Below, piece by piece: positions 13,806 to 27,158 of a stretch of 64,000 nucleotides of DNA (position 1 is its first letter; every line of letters starts with the position of its first letter). The notes under the pieces were generated by a model. That model was not told the DNA's origin. It saw only the letters and a program-made list of their open reading frames with translations, and did no database searches. Origin of the DNA: Squalus acanthias (Eukaryota); contig CM059431.1 of assembly GCA_030390025.1 (NCBI GenBank), positions 98,644,001 through 98,708,000 on the forward strand, given 5' to 3'. Both the position numbers and the translations under genes were made by a program.

Positions 13806-14527
13806 CTAGTACCCAAAAAAAACAGAGTCCGAAGCCTTGTCAATGCGGAGATTTGAAGGTTTATCCAACAGGAAACATTTAAAAACAAAAAGCAAAATAC
13901 TGGAGATACTGGTGACCTGAGATAAAACCAGAACATGCTGGAAACACTCGGCAGGTCAGGTAGCATCAGGATTCTCAAACGGTGGGATGTGAACCCAATC
14001 TGCCCGTTGGGAAACGGACGGGATGGGGAGCAATGCTGGTTTTACCCGCCGCCTGATTTCACTCTCCATTGAAGTCGATATTGGGCGGGGTGTAAAACCG
14101 CCGTTCCACCCAATCCCGTGGGATTCCCACCCAGAGAGTTAGGTTAGAATTACTCCCCTCGGTCTCTGGATTACTAGCCCAGTAACATAACCAATACACT
14201 AGTGTAGCTGGGAGAGATAGAGTTAAAAACTCATTCTACAGAGCCACCTAGAGGTCAAATACTGCAACTATTTCGTGACAGTTGACATAGCAAAACGAAA
14301 TGGGAAATGTTGTGGCAGCGGGAAATGAAAATTGGGCTCTTTCTCTTCTGGGCGGCAAGTTAAAATTTAACCCCTTTATCAGAAAAGTGTGACCAAAAAT
14401 TGTGACAACAGAGAGTGAGGTTTGTGAACAGGAAGGGCACAGGAATGTTAATAAAATATAGATTGGGATCAACTGTTTCTGCAGGTAACAGACAAGTGAT
14501 AATAAATGCACGCAAGTTAATGGATAC

Positions 14528-14608
14528 CTGGATGGGCTCGACAAGGTAACTGTTGCATAAGGATCACATTGTCCATTGACAATTGGCAAGTCTTGGCACT
14601 CTATAACA
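14528..14608 (-). CDS. RASA3: RASA3 coding exon (about exon 6), C2B domain
   Basis: ccag/gtatcc; 81 bp; [26 protein letters not shown](R). Confidence 0.95.
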
Positions 14609-14884
14609 CTGGATAGAAACAAAAAGATAAGAAGCAAATCAATTATTAAAAATCATGATGAGTTCTCTTACCATACAACATGTCTGCGCAGGGTTTCTGA
14701 GTAACTGATTGAACAAATATACTGAACACTGAAAACATTCTAGGTATCCACCATGTCCTTTGCCCTCTTTAAGGTTATCAAGCATGGTTCAGTGGGTAGC
14801 ACTCTCCCCTCTGAAGCAGAAAATTGTGGATTCAAGCCCCACTTCAGAGATTTGAGCCCATAATCCAGGCTGATACTCCCAGTG

Positions 14885-16083
14885 CAGTGCTGAGGGAGTG
14901 CTGCACTGTCAGAGGGGCAGTACTGAGGGAGCTGCATTGTCAGAGGGGCAGTACTGAGGGAGCTGCACTGTCGGAGGGGCAGTACTGAGGGAGCGCTACA
15001 CTGTCGGAGGGGCAGTACTGAGGGAGCTGCACTGTCGGAGGGGCAGTACTGAGGGAGCGCTACACTGTCGGAGGGGCAGTACTAAGGGAGCATTGCACTG
15101 TCGGAGGGGCAGTACTGAGGGAGCGCTGCACTGTCGGACGGGCAGTACTGAGGGAGCGCTGCACTGTCGGAGGGGCAGTACTGAGGGAGCGCTGCACTGT
15201 CGGAGGGGCGGTACTGAGGGAGCTGCACTGTCAGAGGGGCAGTACTGAGGGAGTGCTGCACTGTCGGACGGGCAGTACTGAGGGAGCGTTGCACTGTCGG
15301 AGGGGCAGTACTGAGGGAGCGCTGCACTGTCGGAGGGGCAGTACTGAGGGAGTGCTGCACTTTTCGAGGGGTCAGTACTGAGGGAGCGCCGCACTGTCGG
15401 AGGGGCAGTACTGAGGGAGCGCCGCACTGTCGGAGGGTCAGTACTGAGGGAGCGCTGCACTGTCGGAGGGGCAGTACTGAGGGAGAGCTGCTCTGTAGGA
15501 GGGTCAGTACTGAGGGAGCGCTTCACTGTCGGAGGGGCAGTGCTGAGGAAGCGCCGCACTGTCGGAGGGGCAGCACCGAGAGAGTGCGTGAGTGTGTGCG
15601 AGAGTGCGTGAGTGTGTGTGAGAGTGCGAATGTGTGCGAGAGAGTGCGCGAGAGAGTGTACGAGTGTGCGAGAGTGCGTGTGAGAGTGTGTGCGAGAGTG
15701 CGTGTGTGCGAGAGAGTGCGTGAGTGTGTGCGAGAGTGCATGAGTGTGTGCGTGCGAGTGCATGAGTGTGTGCGTGAGTGCGTGCGAGAGTGCGCGTGAG
15801 AGTGTGCGTGAGTGTGTGCGTGAGTGTGTGCAAGAGCACGTGAGTGCGTGTACGAGAGAGTGCGTGAGTGTGTATGTGCGTGCAAGAGTGAGTGTGCATG
15901 TATGACAGTGAGTGTGTGAATGAGACTGTGTGTGTGTGTGTGTGTGTGAGAGAGCGAGTGTGTTTGCGAGTGTGTGTGTGTGTGCGTGAGAGAGCGAGTG
16001 TGTTTGCGAGTGCAAGAGTGTGAGTGTGCGTGTATGACAGTGAGTGTGTGAATGAGACTGTGTGTGTGTGTGTGTGTGTGTGT
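14885..16083. repeat. 33-bp SINE-internal minisatellite followed by (GT/GA/GC) microsatellite
   Basis: Unit cagtactgagggagcgccgcactgtcggagggg up to about 15575. Confidence 0.9.
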
Positions 16084-18824
16084 GGAGGGGAGGCAGGGGA
16101 TTGAGAAAAGTGAAGGGACGAGTGAGAAATGAATTGAGCCCCGATTCTATTGGCTGAAACGACAGGTGAGTGGGCTGATCTAAAGCGAGCCATCAATCTG
16201 CTGAAAGAACATGACGTACTGTAACAGCTCCTGATTCATGTGGCCCACTGGCACAGTAAACTGCTCGACTTGACACGTGAGTTCTGTTACAAGCCAGCCA
16301 GCTGAAGATAGACTTCATTTCACGCTGAACAAGGGCTCAAAATTGTGATTTAAGGCATGGAAGGATGTGGAGAATTCCCAATGAGGAAACTGTTGTATAA
16401 TTTCCAGTGTCCTTTCAACAGGAGCCAAATAAACATTTCCTTCCCACAAAAATGAGAGCTTCACGCAGCTTCTCGGAACAAGTTAGTACTTGTTTCATAT
16501 CTTGCATGTGTCTGCAGTCCCTGGGTTTCTCAGCACTGTATCCATTCCCTCTGGATACACTGTCAGGGCTTTACACAACTCCGATAATGGCCGGGTATTC
16601 GGCTGGGAAAAGGAGATTATTTTTTTCATTTCAAAGGGAGCCCTCAGCAAAAAAATGTGACGGTGCCTTTTCTTTCGTTTTAAACACTTGTGTTTGGCAT
16701 TTTTAAAATGGTTGGTTTTGTGCATTTTGACAGCACATTACTTTCACCGTCAATCATGTACACACAAAGTCCCCATGATGTTAAAGAAAGAAATAACTCG
16801 CATTCCTACAGCGCCTTTCACCACCTCAGGACGTCCCAAAGCGCTTTGCAGCCAATGAAGTACTTTTTGAAGTGTAGTCACTGCTTGTAATGTAGGAAAC
16901 GCAGCAGCCAATTTGCGCACAGCAAGCTCCCACAAACAGCAATGTGATAATGACCAGATCATCTGTTGTAGTGATGTTGGTTGAGGGATAAATATTGGCC
17001 CCAGGACACCGGGGATAACTCCCCCTGCTCTTTGAAGTACTGCCAAGGGATCTATTACATCCACCTGAGAGGGCAGACGGGGCCTCGGTTTAACGCCTCA
17101 TCCGAAAGATGGTGGATCCCAATGGCACTATTCAAAGAGCAGGAGAGTTCTCCCGGTGACCTGACCAACACCAACAAAAACAGATCAACTGACCATTTAT
17201 CTCATTGCTGTTTGTGGGACCTTGCTGTGCGCAAACTGGCTGCTGCGTTTGCCGACAAGACGATAGTGACTGCGCTCCAACAAGTAATGAATTGGCTGTT
17301 AGGGGGTTGAAATGTCCTGTCACGGAAGGTTTTGTATAACTGCAGGTTCGGTCATCCTTCCTTTCTGTGCCTCTGCTCTCCCCCCTCCCTCAGCTCTTCC
17401 AGCTTGTTCCCTCCCTCCCTGCTTGCAAACGCCTCTTAAAGACCCTTCCCTTCAATCATGCTTTCGCCCCCTCCTAGATCCTCTGTTGCCTATATTCCAC
17501 CCCCTCCCCTCCCCCGGTTCACTATCCATTGTCCTGTGATATGCGGAGGTGCCCCTCTATACACTGGGAGCACTGGAAGTTATTCTTAAACTTGGAGGAA
17601 ATGAATCACAAGTTTGTCTTAAACTCCGACAAACTCGTAGATTTATGGTCAGTTTTACAAATACTGAACACGTGCGAGGGGCAATTTCCAGTTTATCTTT
17701 TGTCAAAACTAACAAAGAAAATCCATGATCAAGTCTATTGAAAAGGCAATGAAGAGATTTAGAAGTTAGCGATGGTGCCCAGGGCCTTGTTCACAGGAAC
17801 CCGACAGTGGCCTGATGCACTCAGCTTCCCAGGATACCGGGCTTGTAAAAGTAAAACAGCTCCCCCCGCCCCACCCCCCAACACCGAGGCGATGGGGTCA
17901 CCAACCCACCGGGATTGGCCTGGAGTCTCCAGGAGTTGAGATTAATCTCCAGGACACGGCTACCAGCAACACCCGGGAGAATAATCATAGAAAGGAGCAT
18001 TAAAATACCTCACTCCCCGTACCCTTTGATATCCCACCCAGTCTAATCCCACTCTCTCCCTCACTCCCCGTACCCTTTAATACCCCACCCAGTCTAATCC
18101 CACTCTCCCCCTCACTCCCCGTACCCTTTGATATCCCACCCAGTCTAATCGCACTCTCCCCCTCACTCCCCGTACCCTTTGATATCCCACCCAGTCTAAT
18201 CCCACTCTCCCCCTCACTCCCCGTACCCTTTGATATCCCACCCAGTCTAATCCCACTCTCCCTCTCACTCTTCATACCTTTTAATATCCCACCCAGTCTA
18301 ATCCCACTCTCCCTCTCACTCTTCATACCTTTTAATATCCCACCCAGTCTAATTCCTCTCTCCTGCTCACTCCCCGTACCCTTTAATATTCCATCCAGTC
18401 TAATCCCACTCCTGCTCGATCCACATACCCTTTAATATTTCTCTTTTTAAACCAACTATCTCATTCTCTTTTGAAAGAATTGTTGTGCGCTGCTTCAGGA
18501 ATGGTTGGTTTCACATTCTAACCGCCCACTGTGTTCTTTCTGGATGAATGAGCTACGATGAGGTCAATGACCTTCCCCATCTGTGTCTATCCTGTGATAT
18601 GTTTCTGTACACTGACTTAATGCAGTAAATCCACGCTATCACTGGCTCCTTGGGAGCAAGCCAGAAAGCATTTGAGAGAGAGGTGCGTGTGACATTGATT
18701 ACACGGCTGACTCTGGGAGAACAGGACCTGCAGTCTTGAAGCAAACTACAATCAGCACCTTCAATCAATGTCACAGCACAAGCCAGCAGCAGTTTGTCAC
18801 TTCACCCATTGACCATCTAAAACA

Positions 18825-19200
18825 CAAGAATTAGGAGCAGGAGTCGGCCATACGGCCCCTCGAGTCTGCTCCGCCCCTCAATAAGGTCATGGCTGATCTT
18901 CTACCTCATCTCCACTTTCCCGCACTATCCCCATATCCCTTGATTCCCCTAGAGTCCAAAAATCTATCGATCTCTGTCCTGAATATACTCAACGACTCAG
19001 CATCCACAGCCCTCTGGTGTTGAGAATTCCAATGATTCACAACCCTCTGAATGAAGAAGTTGCTCCTCATCTCAGTCCTAATTGGCCGACCCCTTATCCT
19101 GAGACTGTGCCCCCTAGTTCTAGACTCTCCAGCCAGGGGAAACATCCTCCCTGCATCTACCCTGTCAAGCCCTGTAAGAATTTTATACATTTCAATGAGA
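18825..19200 (-). mobile_element. CR1 LINE 3' fragment; similar copies at 6395-6620, 8150-8390, 25185-25540, 54120-54520, 56845-57290, 58222-59050
   Basis: YKILTGLDRVDAGRMFPL..SRTRGHSL..QRVVN and a shared 3' UTR (ggcccctcgagcctgctccgccattcaat). Confidence 0.8.
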
Positions 19201-19619
19201 TATCGAATCAACAGTTCTACAAGTATCTAGCAAGAAACCAAGAGATTAAAATTAATCTTCTGGTGCCCTAGGGTTACGGAACCAAGGCGGGTAAATGGAG
19301 TTAAGGTACAGATCAGCCATGATCTAATTGAATGGCGGAACAGGCTCGAGGGGCTGAATGGCCTCCTCTGTTCCTATGTTCCTATCTGTTTGAACTTTTT
19401 GAGTCGTTCTCTGTCCCCTTGAGCAAGGAGGGATTCTAGAGGCTCATGGGATCCCAGGAGGAAGGAAGGTTTTGGGAGTCAAGCACCAATAGTTTTCTCG
19501 CGAAGAACTGTACTGAGCTTACATCTACAGTAAATGCTACAATCACACAGCAAATCTCACGGAATGATCGATACAGCACGAGGACAGGTCTCTAGGATAC
19601 AAAATACAACTGGTCTTAC

Positions 19620-19696
19620 CGTGTTGCCAACTTATGGCAAATGGTCCCACTGTCAGTGATGACTTCACTCAGTCTCAGCTCCAGGTGAACTTTGCC
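19620..19696 (-). CDS. RASA3: RASA3 coding exon (about exon 5)
   Basis: ttcag/gtaaga; 77 bp; GKVHLELRLSEVITDSGTICHKLAT(R). Confidence 0.95.
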
Positions 19697-20926
19697 CTGA
19701 AATAATTATCATAATGTAGTTACACAATGGGCAGTTCACCTGCATCAAGAACATACTGTGACTGCCCTCTGAAATTTACTTTCTAATAAAGGACTTGCGT
19801 TTATATATACAGAGCCTTTCACATCCTCAGGATGTCCCAAAACACTTCACAGCCAATCAATTAATTTTGTAATGCTGTCACTGTTCTTGTGTAAGGAAAC
19901 ACAGCAGCCGATTTGCTCAAGTTAATCTGTTTTAGTGATGTTGGTTGAGGGATAAATGGTGGCCCCGGGACACCGGGGAGAACTCCCCTGATCGTCTTTG
20001 AATAGTTCCATCCGACCTGAAACATCCAGCTCAGAGAGCAGACGGAGCGGAGCCTTGGTTTGCCGTCTCATCCGAAAAATGGCACCTCCGACAGTGCAGC
20101 ACTCCCTCAGTACTGCCCCTCTGACAGTGCAGCACTCCCTCAGTACTGCCTCTCCAACAGTGCAGCGCTCCCTCAGTACTGCCCCTCCGACAGTGCAGCG
20201 CTCCCTCAGTACTGCCCCTCCGACAGTGCAGCGCTCCCTCAGTACTGACCCATCAACAGTGCAGCACTCCCTCAGTACTGCCTCTCCAACAGTGCAGCGC
20301 TCCCTCAGTACTGCCCCTCCGACAGTGCAGCACTCCCTCAGTACTGCCCCTCCGACAGTGCAGCGCTCCCTCAGTACTGCCCCTCCGACAGTGCTGCACT
20401 CCCTCAGTACTGCCCCTCCGACAGTGCAGCGCTCCCTCAGTACTGCCCCTCCGACAGTGCGGCGCTCCCTCAGTACTGCCCCTCCGACAGTGCGGCGCTC
20501 CCTCAGTACTGCCCCTCCAACAGTGCGGCACTCCCTCAGTACTGCCCCTCCGACAGTGCGGCGCTCCCTCAGTACTGCCCCTCCGACAGTGCGGCGCTCC
20601 CTCAGTACTGCCCCTCCGACAGTGCGGCGCTCCCTCAGTACAGCCCCTCCGACAGTGCAGCGCTCCCTCAGTACTGCCCCTCCGACAGTGCAGCGCTCCC
20701 TCAGTACTGCAGTGAAATGTTAGGTACGGTGATGTAGTGGTTATGTTACTGGACGAGTAATCCAGAGAACGTGAGTTGAAATCCCACCCATGACAGATAG
20801 AAAATCTGAATTCAGTTTTTTTAAAAACATGACAATGAAAAGCTGGTCTCAGTAAAAGTGAGCTTGAAGCTGTCAGATTGTCGTAAATGGAATATTGGGA
20901 TTTATGGTAAGAGGTTGTGACTCTAA

Positions 20927-22146
20927 GGGCTGGATTTTGTCTTGGGGTCAGGTTGGGGTCGTGTCATCCGCATTTCGTGTTCCCCCCCGACTCTAGATTA
21001 ATGTGGATGAATGATGCAATTTTCACTTAATTGGGCAATTGAGTTCCAGCATGTGGGAACCCATGAACCAATTAGTGGTTTCAGTCTGAAAGTCGCCTCT
21101 GATGATGTCATCATTGCTGCTGCATTGCAGGTCAGAGACTGACTGCCTGGTCTCAGAGACTGACTGGATGTTGGTGAGAGAGGACCTGCCTGGCTTTTGC
21201 TGTGAGTGGGCCTAGATGTATATGTGTGTGAGAGAGAATGGAGAATGGAGAATGGAGAATGAGAATGGAGAATGGAGAATGAGAATGGAGAATGAGAATG
21301 AGAATGAGAATGAGAATGAGAATGAGAATGAGAATGAGAATGAGAATGAGAATGAGAATGAGAATGAGAATGAGAATGAGAATGAGAATGAGAATGAGAA
21401 TGAGAATGAGAATGAGAATGAGAATGAGAATGAGAATGAGAATGAGAATGAGAATGAGAATGAGAATGAGAATGAGAATGAGAATGAGAATGAGAATGAG
21501 AATGAGAATGAGAATGAGAATGAGAATGAGAATGAGAATGAGAATGAGAATGAGAATGAGAATGAGAATGAGAATGAGAATGAGAATGAGAATGAGAATG
21601 AGAATGAGAATGAGAATGAGAATGAGAATGAGAATGAGAATGAGAATGAGAATGAGAATGAGAATGAGAATGAGAATGAGAATGGGAATGAATTTTTTTG
21701 CATCCAAGTCCTCTCACAGCAAAGGCCAGGCAGTCTCTGAACACATTCAATGCAGCAGCATCAGAGGCGACTTTCAGACCTAATACTACTACCTTCACAT
21801 CTCCGTTGTAATAGTGGACCTGCAGCTGATAGTCAGCTATCCACTTGTGCTCCCGCCAGGTTTCACTGGAGTGTTTCACACCAGGCGTGCTTCACGTCAG
21901 AAAAGGGTTAAACTAGCTAAAACGTTTCAAAATGGCATTACAGAGCCAATTTAGGGCTGGTTAAGGGCTTTAATGGCCTCTCCCGCCTCTTGGAGGCGGG
22001 ACGGAGTCGGGAACCCCGCGACTGATTTTGTCAAAATTGCGTGGAGGCGGGATGGAGTCGGGATGGGGTCGGGACCCCCGACCCCGCAAATTTAACCCCC
22101 CACACGCCTCCAAACCCGACTCCATGGGTCATTCAAAATCCAGCCC
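20927..22146. mobile_element. Harbinger/Tourist-type MITE containing (GAGAAT)n
   Basis: Perfect 13-bp TIR GGGCTGGATTTTG...CAAAATCCAGCCC; TAA on both flanks. Confidence 0.85.
21232..21690. repeat. (GAGAAT)n microsatellite
   Basis: About 400 bp of near-perfect hexamer. Confidence 0.97.
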
Positions 22147-22659
22147 TAAGACTCCAGATGTAACGGTGAATTCATATAAAATCTTTGTCAGACCACAGTT
22201 GGAGCACTTTGTGCCGTTTTGGGCTCCACACTATAGGGAGGATGTTGAGGGAATAGAGAGGGTACAACGCGGATTCACTGCGATGCTGCCTGTTGTGAGG
22301 AAATAGTAATACAAAGAAAGACTTGAAAAAATTAGAGCCTTTTTCACTAGTGCAGAGGAGATTAAGGGATGATTTAACAGAGGGTTTAAATTTATGAAGG
22401 GATGGGGCAGAGTAGATAGCTACACACTGTTTACAATCATTGAGGAGCCTAGAACAAAGGAACATAGGTTATAAGATTACATGTAGGAGATTTCGGACAG
22501 TGAGCAGGAGAAACCTTTTTACAGGGAGGGTTGAGAGGCTGTGGAATTCACGACTGGAGATAGTGATTGGAGCAGAGACCATACATTTAATTAAGATTGG
22601 ATAGGTGGCTGAGGGAAAGGGGAATAAAGGGAGACGGGAACGGGGCGGGTACATGGGAT

Positions 22660-23098
22660 AACGGTAGCGGTAGTGGTGATGTCACTGGGCTAGTAATCCA
22701 GAGGCCTGGACGAATGATCCAGAGATGCGAGTTCAAATCCCACCACGGCAGCTGGGGAATTTAAATTCAGTTAATTAAATAAATCTGGAATAATTACTAG
22801 TATCAGTGATGGTGACCATGAAACTATCGGATTGTCGTAAAAACCCAACTGGTTCACTAATGTCCTTTAGGGAAGGAAACCTGCCGTCCTTACCCGGTCT
22901 GGGCCTATATGTGACTCCAGTCCCACACCAACGTGGCTGACTCTAAATTGTCCTCTGAAATGGCCGAGCGAGACACTCAGTTGTAACAAACCGCAGTTCA
23001 AGGCGGCGGCTCACCACCACCTTCTCAAGGGCAATTAGGGATGGGCAATAAATGCCTTGCCAGCGATGCCCACATCCCATAAACGAATAAAAAAAAAT
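22660..23098 (+). mobile_element. Second tRNA-like SINE family, near full length
   Basis: Head with gagttcaaatccc B box; body aaaacccaactggttcactaatgtcctttagggaagg; tail ggcaattagggatgggcaataaatgc then A-run. Copies at 4810-5090, 8815-9145, 20725-20885, 51965-52290 and 53105-53370 (-). Confidence 0.7.
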
Positions 23099-23319
23099 AA
23101 GGAGACTGCTCCTGTGGGTAGAGGAACACCAACACGGACTGGATGGGCAGACAGTGAAGTGCGCAAAAACGCCCTTTAAAATAGGTCAGGCAGTAACATT
23201 TTCTTTCCTAATTGAACTTACCAAGGCAACATGAAGTTAAGAAAACTGAGGGGCAGATTGAGACAAAGGAGGAAATAAAGGGAGAGAGACAGGGAGGAGA
23301 ATAGCATGGAGTTGTGCAG

Positions 23320-23600
23320 AGTGGTCACTCTCTGCCCAGTGGTCACCCTCTGCCCAGTGGTCACTCTCCGCCCAGTGGTCACTCTCCGCCCAGTGGTCAC
23401 TCTCCGCCCAGTGGTCACCCTCCGCCCAGTGGTCACCCTCCGCCCAGTGGTCACCCTCCGCCCAGTGGTCACCCTCCGCCCAGTGGTCACTCTCTGCCCA
23501 GTGGTCACCCTCTGCCCAGTGGTCACCCTCTGCCCAGTGGTCACTCTCTGCCCAGTGGTCACCTCTGCCCAGTGGTCACTCTCTGCCCAGTGGTCACTCT
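23320..23600. repeat. 18-bp minisatellite (cagtggtcactctctgcc)
   Basis: Seen directly. Confidence 0.9.
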
Positions 23601-25837
23601 GACTACAGTCCAGAGACGTCTTGTCACGTTTTGCACAAAGACCATTTCTTTAAAAGAGATCTCCAGTTTGTCGTGACAGAGGGGGAGGAAACACTGCGCG
23701 CTTTGCAAACTCTTTCGACCCAAAACCAAACTGCTGCTGCGATGAAAATAATCAGAAAAAATTAAACGGTGAAAAATGGCAAAGAGTAATTCCGATGCTA
23801 GAAGAGTCTTTCGGAATTCATGCATGACGGCTCTTTATTTGTTGAAACCAACTAAATACTGGAGCCAAAAAAAAAATCTCTTCAAAATTATCACTGAAAT
23901 ATTTTGAGCGTTTTTTGTTTTTCTTCTGCAATGCATTAATTTTCTAGCGAAGGTAATTTTACCCAGTCATTCATCTTACCTTTGTGTGGCACGCTGGCTA
24001 ACTGCCTAGCCACAACTGGCAGCTTGACACCTGGAGAAAGTCCAACTGTAAACGCCTGCCAAGGCCCGACCTGCCAGCCAATAGTGCAGGATACTGGCCC
24101 CACAGATGCCGGCTCACCTGACTGCGGGTACCTGCAACTCCACAATCTGATGACTGCCTTAAACTCACTTCTGAACGTAGACACTGAAATTCACCCTGTC
24201 CCCCATTGCCACTGTTGTTTCAGGGTGGCACGTTGATGGGGGGAGATGAAGTAAGGGTGGGAGGAGGCTCGTGTGGCCTGTTTCTTGCTGTAAAATTCGA
24301 TGTAATTCTGTGCAATCATGCAGTAATACCAAGGGGTGTGTTATCGTGGCTCCGCTCCGCTCCCAGCGTGGAGCGTCTCTAGGTGAGAATGCCGATCAGA
24401 GATAGGGCTACAGCACCTCAGGCATGATTCTGCAATCCGTGGTTCCATCTACTGAGGCTTCACATCAGGAACATAGCCTCGCAAATGACTCCCATCGATG
24501 GTACATTACAAAGAAATAGGAAATACTGGATTGGAGAGACAGGAATGAAAAGCTTTTTTTTGGTAAATCTATGTTCATTGAAGTAGTGGATGTCAGTGTT
24601 TAAAAAAAATACTTTTCCTCTCTTAACATCCAATGTCCTAGAAATTGAGCAGCCTAGTGCCCGTTTTTCAGGCGCATCGCAGTCTATTAAGGCCCCAAAA
24701 TGGCAGGCTGGAATGGCGCCCACATTTCCGGTTGAAAGTGCGCATATTGGGCGAAGACAAACAAGAGGTGTCCTTTACCCACGCCTGAAACGGGTGTTAG
24801 GGTGTTTTCTTATGCAAATGAGAGGCCAAACGCCGGCTTCAGATTCCCCGTTCCAACACTGGTTTGCCCCGAGGCAGCCAGTGCCTTCGTGGACTTCACT
24901 CGGGAAAACCAGCCCTAGAGATCACCTGTCGACCAAGAAGGTAGGTAACTTACCCGAACGTGGAGTCGGGAAGAGCAGGCGGGCTCCTCCCGACCCCACA
25001 TTAAAGACCCGGATCGCTTCTTCTAACCCCTAGCCCCACCTCCGCCTCTCCCGACCTTCCCCTTGCATTCCCCACCGAACGCCGAAAAAATGGGCGCTCT
25101 CGACTTTTGAGGCCACAATCTTTATTGAGCATTCTCCAGTCAGACCATGCAGATTTGTTCCTACACTGCTTCTCACTGTGAGATATAGGAACTGGAGGAG
25201 GCCATTGAGCCCCTCGAGCCTGCTCCGCCATTCAATGAGATCGTGGCTGATCTGTGACCGAACTCCATATACCCGCCTTTGGCCCATATCCAGTAATACC
25301 TTTGGTTAACAAAAAGCTATCAATCTCAGATTTAAAATTAACAGTTGATCTAGCATCAGTTGCCGTTTGCAGAAGAGAGTTCCAAACTTCTACCACCCTT
25401 TGTGTGTAGAAGTGTTTCCTAATTTCACTCCTGAAAGGTCTGGCTCTAATTTTTAGACTATGCCCCCTAGTCCTAGACTCCCCAACCAGCGGAAATAGTT
25501 TCTCTCTATCGACGCTATTAGTTCCCCTTAATATCCTGAAAAATATCTTGAGATATTTATTATTATTATGCAAAGATTTATTCATTTGAAGAGGTATGTT
25601 AGGAGAGCAGGTTTATTGATGTACCTGCAGTGGGTGAGAGAAACACTGTTTATTTTCCAGGAACCAACCAGAAAACACTTACTTCACTGCTCAAGCTGAT
25701 CTCTTGCACTTTTCTTTCTCACGGCTCTCAGTGAGGATGTGACTCCTCTGCTACAACAGCAGACACTCCAACTCACTGGGAGCAATACTACAGGGGATAT
25801 TTTGAGAATTTCAGTGTTTCAGATCTGCTGCATAGTG

Positions 25838-26305
25838 TCAGCCATGGCTCAGTGGGCAGCACACTCGCCTCTGAGGTCAGAAGGTTGTGGGTTCAAGTCC
25901 CACTCCAGAGACTTGAGCATAAAAATCCAGGCCGACACTCCCAGTGCAGTACTGAGGGAGCGCCGCACTGTCAAAGGTGCCATCTCTCGGATGACATGTT
26001 GAACCGAGGCCCCGTCTGCTCTCTCAGGTGGATGTAAAAGATCCCACGGCCACTATTTCAAAGAAGAGCAGGGGAGTTCTCCCTGGTATCCTGGGCCAAT
26101 ATTTATCCCTCAACCAACATCACTAAAAAAACAGATTATCTGGTCATTATCACATTGCTGTTTGTGGGAGCTTGCTGTGCGGAAATTGGCTGCTACGTTT
26201 CCCACATTACAACAGTAACCACACTTCAAAAGTACTTCATTGGCTGTAAAGCGCTTTGGGACATCCTGAGGTCGTGAAAGGCGCTATAGAAATGCAAATC
26301 TTTCT
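25838..26305 (+). mobile_element. Full-length tRNA-derived Deu-domain SINE (SacSINE1-like)
   Basis: A box tggctcagtgg, B box ggttcaagtcc; Deu-like core cggatga..aaccgaggcccc..aaagatccca..ggcacta; tail gaaaggcgctatagaaatgcaa. Other copies at 14785, 16790, 19790, 37230, 38008, 43324, 47320, 52705, 55870, 60045. Confidence 0.8.
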
Positions 26306-26333
26306 TTCTATTTCCCTTACATTAGTCACTCAC

Positions 26334-26428
26334 CTGAACTTCTGAATCAGCATCTACTGGCTGCAGTGGGAACCAGGTATCTCGATTATGATATTTCTGA
26401 AGTTCTTCTTTCTTGATGGCAACTTTAC
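26334..26428 (-). CDS. RASA3: RASA3 coding exon (about exon 4)
   Basis: acag/gtgagt boundaries; 95 bp; (G)[31 protein letters not shown]; phase fits previous exon. Confidence 0.95.
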
Positions 26429-26529
26429 CTGTAAAGAGACAACAGAAAGATGTGTATAGTTAATGATTCCCCTTTTCAAAAGTATGCACTGAGTTCAGCT
26501 GTTTTATCCAATAACTACCTAAAACATTA

Positions 26530-27158
26530 GGAGGAAAAATTGGGTTGCTTTGCGCCTCTGTTAAATGTGGCGCCCAGGCGTGGCGCCGCTAACGCCTCCC
26601 GCGAAATTCAGCGGGAGGTTAGCGACGGCAGTGGCGCCCCTGGGCGCTGCGCTCACGGCAATGACGTCATCACTATGCGCAACATCCCGCTCGCGCCCCC
26701 TGACCTACCGCTGGACGCTGTGACCGACAGGGTCAGGGTGCCATGTTTGCGGCTGGGGCGGGGCAGCGCAAATTAAAGCGCAAGTGCTGGGCAGCCATTT
26801 TTTTTGGCCCGCCTGCCAACACCTGCTCCCTTTCGCCTCCTCCTGCGGGGTGCTGGCCACGATCGCTCACCTCGGCACTCCTCAAGCGCCGGGCTCTTTT
26901 GCCGGCACCCCATTCCCTGGTGGTCCAGCAGGACCCCGGTGCGCGCAGCACTAGGCCCCTCCCCTTTAATGAGGGGAGGGAGGCCTGTCGTATCGCAGCG
27001 CTACGAGCCGACGCGCGTGGTGCTGTTGCACATAGCGCCGCGATATTGAATGGGAGCGCCCCAAGAGGGAGGGGGAGTGCTTCCAGTAGCGCCCCGCCTC
27101 CTGCTTGGGGCGCTACCATTCAATTTCCGGTGCGGGGTTGCGACCCAATTTTTCCCCC
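26530..27158. mobile_element. Harbinger-type MITE
   Basis: TIR GGAGGAAAAATTGGGTTGC / GCGACCCAATTTTTCCCCC; TTA target-site duplication; CpG-rich. Confidence 0.85.

Noticed and set aside
16100..16740. Unique intronic stretch with CCAAT and E-box-like motifs as a possible enhancer
   Set aside because: Short motifs are expected by chance; needs cross-species conservation data
20998..21879. Poly-HS/EN/MR/IL ORFs
   Set aside because: Artefact of the (GAGAAT)n microsatellite
24633..25120. CpG-rich segment resembling another Harbinger-like MITE; also 14025-14158
   Set aside because: Could not establish a convincing TIR pair together with a TSD
25840..25910. tRNA gene
   Set aside because: A and B boxes continue into the SINE body; a SINE head, not a full cloverleaf
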